A stretch of DNA of 10,967 nt from assembly GCA_031458695.1 (NCBI GenBank), contig JAVKJW010000049.1, positions 1 through 10,967 on the forward strand, written 5' to 3'. This document shows, piece after piece, positions 1 to 6,184 of the stretch (the first letter of the stretch is position 1; every line of letters begins with the position of its first letter). This stretch comes from Candidatus Thermofontivivens primus. GTDB lineage: Bacteria > Sysuimicrobiota > Sysuimicrobiia > Sysuimicrobiales > Thermofontiviventaceae. Both the position numbers and the translations under genes were made by a program. A model generated the notes under the pieces. The model made no database searches and was not told where the DNA came from. It was given only the letters and a program-made list of their open reading frames with translations.

Positions 1-89
1 GCAATAGATCCTTGTCAGACTCTTGCCTAGCCATCGACTGATTGGCTCTCTTCTTCACTGGGGAGTAGTTTCCTCTGAGGGGCGAAGAT

Positions 90-1535
90 TCAAGAACCCT
101 TCGCAATGGGGAGACGTACGGTGAACGTGCTCCCCTCTCCAGGACGGCTGTAGACTTCCACATGACCGCCATGGGCACGTACAATCTCCCGCACGAGCGC
201 GAGGCCTAATCCTGCTCCGCCCTGCCTGCGCGCGGCCCGTTTGTCCACACGATAGAACCGCTCGAAAATATGCGGCAACGCCTCCTCTGGGATCCCCACG
301 CCCGTATCGGCGACCGTGATGTGTACTTCTTTTTCCTCATGTACCCTCGCGCTGAGGGTGATCCGTCCGCCCGCAGGGGTGTACTTGATCGCGTTGTCGA
401 CCAGGTTGCGCACCACAGTGCGCATCTGGTCCGCGTTCACCTCAACAGGTGGGAGGTGCGCGGGGATATCTACGTGGAGCTTCAGGCTGGCCCGGAGGGC
501 CAAAGGGCTCAGTTCATCAACCAGTGTATACAGCAAAGGAGAGAGGTCGAGGCGAACCCGGGGTGGATAGTCCCCTTCCTCCAGGGCTGAGAGGACGAGG
601 AGGTTCTGAATAAGACGTTGTAAATGGTCCACATCTTGCTCCATTTGGCTGAGATATCGAGCCGTCAACTCTGCGTCCCCGCGAGCATGTGTTTGGAGCA
701 TCTCAAGACGAAGGCGCAAGCTCGTCAAGGGCGTGCGGAGCTCGTGGGCGGCATGCAGCGCAAATGCTTTCTGACGCATCAGCATCTCCTGGATCTTGTC
801 AGCCATTCGATTGAACACCACCGCTAGTCGACGCAGCTCCTCTGCCCCTTCCGGATCGACCCTTTCATGGAGAGAACCGGAAGCGATCTGCTCGCTGGTT
901 TTCGTGAGATTCTCGAGAGGGCGGGAGATCTGGCGAGCGAGCCAGAAACTGACCAAGGCAGTGATTCCCAGCATCACACCACCGGCGAAAAAGAGGCCTA
1001 TCCAGGTCTGCCGGATTTGAGCGTAGATGGAAGTCGTGGGAATGGAGAGCTGCACAAATCCCATGAGCCTCCCCTCCTCGTCGGTTACCGGCGAAGCAAC
1101 GAATAGACGCTCCACGAGATCCCAGCTCTCCTGACGGACGTGGCGGAACTTCCTTCCCTCCCTCGCTCCGAAGAGTTCTGGAGTCGACTGCAGGGTCCCC
1201 GGTGGAACCCTGCGGTCGGAACTCACCAGAACCTGGAATCCCGCGTCCAAAAGGGTCACGCGTTCTTCAGGACGGATGGCGTAGGAACGAATCAGGATCT
1301 CTATCGGACGCCCCTCGTGCCTCTCCCCCTCATACCATCCCTCCAACGGCTCGCGCAAGGCGTTGGCGATAAGGGTGGCCTCTCGCATCAGGTTAAGCTC
1401 TGCCTGCTCCAGTGCCGCGCCCTGCAATCGTAGTCCAGTCCATCCAATGAGGCCGCCGAGGCCAAGCAAGGTAAGGACCAGGTAGGTCAGGGTGAGACGA
1501 CCCTGCAGGCTAGAAGGGTTCAGACGATATCGCAT
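90..1535 (-). CDS. HAMP-domain sensor histidine kinase (HisKA + HATPase_c; PhoR/BaeS-like architecture), about 481 aa
   Basis: Two TM segments (LTLTYLVLTLLGLGGLIGW; WIGLFFAGGVMLGITALVSFWL) flank an extracytoplasmic domain. These are followed by HAMP (ISRPLENL...EELRRLAVVFNRMA), H-box AHELRTPL, N-box NLVDNAIKY, G1 DTGVGI, F-box IFERFYR and G2 GGAGLGL. Start placed at ATG 1535 (MRYRLN), overlapping the regulator stop by 26 nt. The ORF-track extension to 1718 lies inside the regulator gene. Confidence 0.95.
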   Translation of the reverse strand: MRYRLNPSSLQGRLTLTYLVLTLLGLGGLIGWTGLRLQGAALEQAELNLMREATLIANALREPLEGWYEGERHEGRPIEILIRSYAIRPEERVTLLDAGFQVLVSSDRRVPPGTLQSTPELFGAREGRKFRHVRQESWDLVERLFVASPVTDEEGRLMGFVQLSIPTTSIYAQIRQTWIGLFFAGGVMLGITALVSFWLARQISRPLENLTKTSEQIASGSLHERVDPEGAEELRRLAVVFNRMADKIQEMLMRQKAFALHAAHELRTPLTSLRLRLEMLQTHARGDAELTARYLSQMEQDVDHLQRLIQNLLVLSALEEGDYPPRVRLDLSPLLYTLVDELSPLALRASLKLHVDIPAHLPPVEVNADQMRTVVRNLVDNAIKYTPAGGRITLSARVHEEKEVHITVADTGVGIPEEALPHIFERFYRVDKRAARRQGGAGLGLALVREIVRAHGGHVEVYSRPGEGSTFTVRLPIAKGS

Positions 1536-2238
1536 TGGGGTCCACAAGGCGGTATCCATGACCGCGGACGGTCTGAATGTAGCGCGGACAGGAAGGGTCC
1601 TCCTCCAGCTTCTCCCGCAGCCAGCGGATATGCACATCGACGGTCCGCGGATCCCCGAACCAGCTGGAGCCCCACACCCGATCGAGCAACTCCTGTCGCG
1701 AGACAGCCTTCCCCACAAATTCCATCAACACGCATAAGAGGTCGAACTCGCGCTGGCGGAGTTCAATAGGTCGGCCAGAACGCCATACCTGCCGGGAGAC
1801 GCGATCCAGCATGATCTCACCCACCACTAGTCGGTCCCTCGGCTCAGCGCCTTCTCCCCGTTCGAGAGCTCGTCGGCGAAGGGCTGCCCGTATCCGTGCC
1901 ACTAGTTCCCGGAAGCTGAAAGGTTTGACGATGTAATCATCAGCACCCACCTCAAGTCCTAGCACCCGTTCCATTTCCTGACCGCGGGCAGTGAGCATGA
2001 GAATCGGAACGGCCGACTCCGCACGTACCGTTCTGCACAGTGTGTACCCGTCGACATCTGGGAGGATCACATCCAGGAGGATGAGGTCTGGAGATTCCTT
2101 GCGGGTCAGGGCAAGGCCATCCCTTCCGTTCACCGCGTGGAGAACCTGAAACCCTTCTCGTTCTAAGCCGAAGATCAGCGGCTCGGCGATAGTCTCATCA
2201 TCTTCTATAAGAAGGATCCTGAACGATTTTCCATCCAT
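1510..2238 (-). CDS. OmpR/PhoB-family DNA-binding response regulator
   Basis: Receiver domain (ILLIEDD, phosphoacceptor LILLDVILP, ILMLTA, GADDYIVKPFS) plus winged-helix domain (REFDLL, SRQELLDRVWG, RTVDVHIRWLREKLE, IQTVRGHGY). Start is ATG 2238 or GTG 2259; neither has a strong SD. Confidence 0.95.
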   Translation of the reverse strand: MDGKSFRILLIEDDETIAEPLIFGLEREGFQVLHAVNGRDGLALTRKESPDLILLDVILPDVDGYTLCRTVRAESAVPILMLTARGQEMERVLGLEVGADDYIVKPFSFRELVARIRAALRRRALERGEGAEPRDRLVVGEIMLDRVSRQVWRSGRPIELRQREFDLLCVLMEFVGKAVSRQELLDRVWGSSWFGDPRTVDVHIRWLREKLEEDPSCPRYIQTVRGHGYRLVDPNAISSEPF

Positions 2239-2307
2239 ACCAATTCTTCGAAGAACCACGACAATAAGCTATTTGGCATTTGCTGTGGTTCCTTCCTCCC
2301 AAGGTCC

Positions 2308-3066
2308 CTACGAATTTTGAGGAGGGGCACACAGAGGGTCCCCCACGAAATCCTGCCATACGATTTTGCTCTGGGCACCTCGAATCCGCTGAGGATGCGG
2401 GAGCGAAATCAGGATCCGGTAGACGGTCAAAGCGTAGGTTATGAGGATCGTCACTAGATACAGTCCCACGATCTCCGGAGACGTCACATCGCTCCCCGCA
2501 CCCGCGGCGTGGAGCACCACCAACCAATATACAACAAACCCGCCGTAGTGGACCAACCGCCACGTTCGGTACCCAATGATCCTTCGGAAGTAGAAACTGA
2601 AGGCTACAGGGATCATCAGGTAGAACCCGACCTGACCCAACCCCACCCAAAAAGGCCGATACCATGTGCTTCCGAACGGCAGGATGATCTGGAGTCCTGT
2701 AACTCCGATGGTCCGGTCCCCCAGAAGGACGAGCGCGTGGAAGAAGGCAAAGGCAATGGCGAGCAGGCTTGTGAACTGGTGTATATCCACTGCAAGCGAC
2801 CCTCCCGGCCACAGTCGGGAGAGCCTGCTCGAGGCCAACAGCCCAAGAGATATTGAACTCCACAACAGAAGGTAGCTCACAATCCCCGAAGTACGGGCGA
2901 GATACCAGAACGCCCTTGGCTCCGGGCCCTCTAGCGAAGTTGCCAAAGCAGGAACCAAGCGGGGGATGACGAGAACCGAGAGGAGTGCACCCAGAGCAGC
3001 CCCACACATGGCCAAAAGGAGTCCCTCCCCTCTGGCGGAGAGTGGTTCTGCTTCACTTCCATTCAT
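2308..3066 (-). CDS. Ferric reductase-like transmembrane domain protein (MsrQ-like di-haem b cytochrome), no cytosolic FAD/NAD(P)H domain
   Basis: Multiple TM helices; WYLARTSG motif; haem-ligand pairs H-x13-H (DIHQFTSLLAIAFAFFH) and H-x12-H (WRLVHYGGFVVYWLVVLH); GSD after the last His. GGAGG SD, and the ATG overlaps the apbE stop (ATGA). Confidence 0.88.
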   Translation of the reverse strand: MNGSEAEPLSARGEGLLLAMCGAALGALLSVLVIPRLVPALATSLEGPEPRAFWYLARTSGIVSYLLLWSSISLGLLASSRLSRLWPGGSLAVDIHQFTSLLAIAFAFFHALVLLGDRTIGVTGLQIILPFGSTWYRPFWVGLGQVGFYLMIPVAFSFYFRRIIGYRTWRLVHYGGFVVYWLVVLHAAGAGSDVTSPEIVGLYLVTILITYALTVYRILISLPHPQRIRGAQSKIVWQDFVGDPLCAPPQNS

Positions 3067-4013
3067 CCTCTAAACCCTCCCATGTTAGGATAAGCAACGT
3101 ACGTGGCAAACCCTGGAGTAGTAAGCACCTGCGCGTCCTCGCGGACCATCAACGCCTCCACCCCTTTTTGGTTGAGCAGATAACGCAAACCATCCCGAGC
3201 ACCGAGGATCATCGTGACCAGGGCGTGGAGATTAGCTTCCAGCACGTCCTCCGCAACGACGGTTACCGTGAACACATCGGTCTGTGCCGGTTGCCAGGTA
3301 CGCGGGTCGATGATGTGGTGGTGGATCACCCCTCCCCGTTTCCAGCGCCGAAAGTCCAACCCTGAAGTGGCCACGCCACGATCCCTCACCCAAAGCACGG
3401 CGAGATCTCTACTCGGATCTCTAGGGTCAGCCACCCCAATGGGCCATCCTGGTTGATTTGGCAGGCTTCCCAGAGCCATGAGATCCCCTCCTGCGTCGAC
3501 AAGGCACGGTCCTAGCGCAGAGAGAAGGTTCGCCGCATGGCGGGCTGCCCAGGCTTTGACGATACCTCCAAGGTCAAGGCGCAACCCTTCCGGCAGCGAA
3601 ACCGTCCCAGTCCCTACCTCGATGTCACGCCAAGAGGCTGGAGGAGGTGACCCGCGGGTCAAGGGGGTGGCATCTTCTTGGATTGCCTCGAATGTCCGGT
3701 CGTACCCTGCATCCTCAAGTGCGGTGAGCACTGTGGGATCAAACAGGCCCCCCGTGCGAGCGGCGAACTCCAAGGCTTTTCCCAGGACCTCGCCGAAAAT
3801 CGGACTGATGCGCACGTGCTGCCCTGGCCTTGCGTTGAGCCGGCTTAGCTCGCTTTCTGGCAGAAAGCGGCTGAAGCGTCTCTCAACCATTCGGAAGGAC
3901 TCCTGTACCCTCCTCAGGTGCAGGTTCGCCAAAACCGGATCTTCGTGCACGACCCACGCACCCATCTGGCAGCCCATGGCGCGAAATGAAAGGGAGTAAA
4001 GGAGGCCAGGCAT
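3063..4013 (-). CDS. apbE: FAD:protein FMN transferase (ApbE family), about 316 aa, no signal peptide or lipobox
   Basis: Motifs FRAMG, FSRFLPESELSRLN, TGGLFDPTV, DLGGIVK, VDAGGD, GWPIGVADP, GVATSG, HHIIDPRT, TVTVVA. Start ATG 4013 lies 4 nt after the upstream gene's stop. The ORF-track extension to 4190 overlaps the upstream gene. Confidence 0.93.
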   Translation of the reverse strand: MPGLLYSLSFRAMGCQMGAWVVHEDPVLANLHLRRVQESFRMVERRFSRFLPESELSRLNARPGQHVRISPIFGEVLGKALEFAARTGGLFDPTVLTALEDAGYDRTFEAIQEDATPLTRGSPPPASWRDIEVGTGTVSLPEGLRLDLGGIVKAWAARHAANLLSALGPCLVDAGGDLMALGSLPNQPGWPIGVADPRDPSRDLAVLWVRDRGVATSGLDFRRWKRGGVIHHHIIDPRTWQPAQTDVFTVTVVAEDVLEANLHALVTMILGARDGLRYLLNQKGVEALMVREDAQVLTTPGFATYVAYPNMGGFRG

Positions 4014-4017
4014 GGTT

Positions 4018-4296
4018 CTATCGCGAAGAGCGTGTCCTGGTAAGTGGACGTACGATTTCGGACGGCATGGATGGGAGGTTCCACGCCAAATTTTCTTGCA
4101 CCTGGGAAGCCATCCCGCCCACTCCCAATGGAGGCTCGCTGACCTCAGGAATTGCTGGCAGATCCAGAGTCTTGACCACAGGCCTTTCACGGGGAGCTGC
4201 TCCTCTCATGTCCCGATACGCCATAAGACCCCACCCTATCAGCGTAGCCGCCACGGAAAGAGTTGCCAGCCCGAGTTTTATTGCGAGCCTAGTCAT
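4018..4296 (-). CDS. Small membrane-anchored/secreted hypothetical protein (92 aa) with Pro-rich linker and C-terminal RPLTRTRSSR
   Basis: AAGGAGG SD 9 nt before ATG 4296; ATGACTAG overlap with the upstream stop; basic N-terminus then hydrophobic helix LAIKLGLATLSVAATLIGWGLMA; fills the operon gap exactly. Alternative starts at 4317/4323. Confidence 0.8.
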   Translation of the reverse strand: MTRLAIKLGLATLSVAATLIGWGLMAYRDMRGAAPRERPVVKTLDLPAIPEVSEPPLGVGGMASQVQENLAWNLPSMPSEIVRPLTRTRSSR

Positions 4297-4678
4297 CCTC
4301 CCATTCCTCCTTTTCATGTTCATGATCCTTTTGCGTTTCCCATTCCTTGCTCCACTTCAGGTCTGCAGTAGGAGCTCCCTGAATCCCCTGGGTATATCGA
4401 GGCGCCTGGGCGGCGAGCGCAGCCAGCTTCCCCTGGAGCGTCCGGATCTGGCTGTATGCCCAGTTCAGACGTGCATGTGCTTCTTCCAGACGTTCTCTGT
4501 ACCGCTGTTCGCGCTCCAAGACCACCTTCCATGGAACTGTTGCTTCGCCGTAACCAATCGAAGCTTTCTGTTCTGAACTCCCCGCAGAAGCCCCAAGGCG
4601 CGAGGCCAAAGCCACAGTAATACCAAGCACGAAAGCCGTCAGAGCTGCTGTGAGGAGTACTGCAACACGCCAAGACAT
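4289..4678 (-). CDS. Membrane-anchored coiled-coil hypothetical protein (129 aa) with His/acidic C-terminal tail
   Basis: Near-perfect SD AAAGGAGGTG 5 nt before ATG 4678; TM helix VAVLLTAALTAFVLGITVALA; helical segment LEREQRYRERLEEAHARLNWAYSQIRTLQGKLAAL; tail KDHEHEKEEWEDD. Confidence 0.82.
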   Translation of the reverse strand: MSWRVAVLLTAALTAFVLGITVALASRLGASAGSSEQKASIGYGEATVPWKVVLEREQRYRERLEEAHARLNWAYSQIRTLQGKLAALAAQAPRYTQGIQGAPTADLKWSKEWETQKDHEHEKEEWEDD

Positions 4679-4709
4679 CGGAACACCTCCTTTGCGCATG
4701 CTTACCCCC

Positions 4710-4774
4710 ACTTTACCCTGAGAACGTCTCCGTTTGGTGAATGGCATGTTAAAGGGATGTTAACGAAGTGTTAA
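4710..4774 (-). promoter_or_regulatory. Phased direct-repeat operator (TTAACA x3 + TTCACC, 11-bp period) with candidate -10 TAAAGT for the apbE operon
   Basis: + strand TGTTAA at 4747-4752, 4758-4763 and 4769-4774, and degenerate GGTGAA at 4736-4741, all at exact 11-nt intervals. TAAAGT (minus strand) at 4715-4710. This geometry is typical of OmpR/PhoB-family sites. Confidence 0.75.
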
Positions 4775-5091
4775 CCAAGCCTGCCAAGTCGTTAGAAACT
4801 ACGATGATCTCGTGCATGCCGTTCTCTGGTCCAAACCTCGCTCCGCTTAGCGAGCTGTCGGTCCCCTTTGGGGGTAAGTAACGTAGTAGCCCGGGATCTA
4901 GTCCATCTTCTGGCCATGGGGTGGAACTGCCTGTTCCACTGGTCTCTGTCCCGTGGTCCCCTGAGCGCCCTCCCAGCCACCTTGATTCGCCGGACTTTGG
5001 CCCGGGGAGAAGACAGCCTAAAGAAAGTCCTCTCCCGGGAAGAGAGGGGACGATGTGAGAGCAGCGTACAGATGCTGGTCCCCGTCTAAAG

Positions 5092-5125
5092 TTTATGTTG
5101 AAAGATACCATAAAACGCGTAAAAT
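5092..5125 (+). promoter_or_regulatory. Sigma70-type promoter and inverted-repeat operator of vapBC
   Basis: TTGAAA (5098-5103) - 16 nt - TAAAAT (5120-5125). Inverted repeat TTTATG (5092-5097) / CATAAA (5109-5114) brackets the -35, as expected for TA autorepression. Confidence 0.6.
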
Positions 5126-5145
5126 GATGGCAGGAGATGATGCAT

Positions 5146-5343
5146 ATGAGGACGACAATTGATGTCGATAAAGACCTCCTTCAGGAAGCGATGAAATTGG
5201 CTAATGTGAAGACCAAGAAGAAGGCAATCTCGCTTGCCCTCAGCGAGTTCGTCCGAACGAAACGGCTTGAGCGATTGGCCTCGAGGGTGGAAACGTTCGA
5301 GCTCTCACTTACCAGGGACGATCTCGAACGGATGCGGCGATGA
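5146..5343 (+). CDS. vapB: Type II toxin-antitoxin antitoxin, VapB family (DUF2191-like, ribbon-helix-helix)
   Basis: MRTTIDVDKDLLQEAMKLANVKTKKKAISLALSEFVR...LERMRR matches the MRTxIxIDDxLLxEA...TKxxxVxxALxE pattern. AGGAG SD 9 nt before ATG 5146. Its stop overlaps the next ATG (ATGA). Confidence 0.88.
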   Translation: MRTTIDVDKDLLQEAMKLANVKTKKKAISLALSEFVRTKRLERLASRVETFELSLTRDDLERMRR

Positions 5344-5493
5344 ATAAAGATCTTGTTCTCATCGATACCTCCGCCTGACCTGCTCATCGCCTCCATCGCG
5401 ATCGTGCATCAATGTGCACTATTCCACGTTGATGAACACTTCACGACGATCGCCCGCCACTCAAACCTCCTCTCCAAAGAGGCCAAGGTATAG
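5340..5493 (+). pseudogene. vapC: VapC (PIN-domain) toxin pseudogene, large internal deletion with frameshift
   Basis: The first frame reads MNKDLVLIDTSA* (5340-5378), a PIN N-terminal motif. The +1 frame from 5371 reads PPDLLIASIAIVHQCALFHVDEHFTTIARHSNLLSKEAKV* (to 5493), a PIN C-terminal motif. The central part of the domain is absent. Confidence 0.85.
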
Positions 5494-5583
5494 TCCCCGT
5501 GGCCATAGTAGTTGGCCTGTTGGCTTTGTTTGCTTGCGAACAATCGTTGTCTATGGTGGACTGGGTAGCGGAGGTGGATGTCG

Positions 5584-5700
5584 ATGGCGCGGGGAACAAC
5601 GCTTTACCTGCGTGCCCTTCCGGAGAGCCTCGTGCGCGAGGTGAAGGCGATCGCTGCCCGGCGTGGTATCACGCTCACGGCGCTCGTTACCGACGCGCTG
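5584..5700 (+). pseudogene. 5' fragment of a ribbon-helix-helix (CopG/antitoxin-like) DNA-binding protein gene
   Basis: GGAGGTG SD before ATG 5584. MARGTTLYLRALPESLVREVKAIAARRGITLTALVTDAL has the beta-strand/helix/helix RHH pattern. After about 5700 the frame simply reads through the antisense of the DUF433 gene. Confidence 0.6.
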
Positions 5701-5916
5701 CCAGACTTGGTCCGGGTAGACCTCAGCATACCTGAGGGCGGCCTGGACGCGTTCCTCCGGCCAGCCGAGATGTTCCGCAACCTTTCGCGCATCCATGCCC
5801 AGTTGCTTTGCCACGAGGGCGACCTCCCACACCGCCAGGCCGGTACCCTTGATGTACGGTTGCCTTCCGAGGCTGGAGGCTCTGAACTCGATGAGAGGAA
5901 ACTTCGCATCCGTCAT
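5701..5916 (-). pseudogene. Fragment of DUF433-family (putative antitoxin, wHTH) gene
   Basis: FPLIEFRASSLGRQPYIKGTGLAVWEV...KVAEHLGWPEERVQAALRYAEVYPDQV matches the DUF433 pattern (GxPxIxGTxxxVxxV ... LxxExVxAALxY). No clear SD at 5916. After YPDQV the frame runs into the antisense of the RHH fragment (track ORF ends at 5551). Confidence 0.65.
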
Positions 5917-5926
5917 GTGCGCTGCA

Positions 5927-6184
5927 CTACCATGGCTCCTGTCCGAGAATCTCATCGTGTCTCTCAGAAGCCCGGTCCTTCTTCCTGGATGACCCGTAGC
6001 CTGCCAGCCCTAGCCGCAGCTCTGCTACCCTCTCCTCCAGCCGTGAGATCCTCTCATCCAGACGGCGCATCCGATCGTCTTCTGCCCGGCGGTGGTCGTC
6101 CAGCAGTCTCCCCCACAGCAGGAGGGAGGCGAACACGGAAAGGACGACTGTGGCGAACAGGTAGATGAGCAGCTCTGGCGTCAC
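5927..6184 (-). CDS. Small hypothetical protein, N-terminal TM helix + coiled coil (mobile-element associated)
   Basis: SD-like GAGGAAGGTGG before GTG 6184, which overlaps the recombinase stop (TAGTG); TM LLIYLFATVVLSVFASLLLWG; heptad MRRLDERISRLEERVAELR. Confidence 0.65.
   Translation of the reverse strand: MTPELLIYLFATVVLSVFASLLLWGRLLDDHRRAEDDRMRRLDERISRLEERVAELRLGLAGYGSSRKKDRASERHDEILGQEPW

Noticed and set aside
1..58. Possible start of a further minus-strand gene (VKKRANQSMARQESDKDLL...) running off the left edge
   Set aside because: Under 20 codons are visible and SD spacing is poor, so it cannot be supported from this window.
1536..1718. N-terminal extension of the kinase ORF (542 aa in the track)
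   Set aside because: It lies inside the response regulator gene and has no kinase-like features; ATG 1535 directly precedes TM1.
2198..3007. 269-aa alternate-frame ORF overlapping the cytochrome gene
   Set aside because: Same-strand frame shadow rich in Arg/Pro/Cys/Gly with no domain features.
4014..4190. N-terminal extension of ApbE as a possible signal peptide
   Set aside because: It overlaps the 92-aa gene in another frame and has no hydrophobic core or lipobox.
4297..4323. MKRRNGR as a twin-arginine (Tat) signal on the small protein
   Set aside because: It does not match S/T-R-R-x-F-L-K, and the RR codons coincide with the SD sequence for ATG 4296. Not fully excluded, since a weak AAGGA precedes ATG 4317.
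4736..4774. Short repeats as CRISPR array or iterons
   Set aside because: The units are 6 bp with 5-bp spacers, far too short for CRISPR, and there are no cas or rep genes. A transcription-factor box fits better.
4749..5111. 120-aa, 62-aa and 73-aa ORFs in the intergenic region
   Set aside because: No SD or recognisable motifs, and the longest overlaps the operator and promoter elements.
5578..6168. 196-aa plus-strand ORF as one genuine gene
   Set aside because: Only the first ~40 residues look protein-like (RHH); the rest is antisense to the DUF433 fragment and the 85-aa gene.
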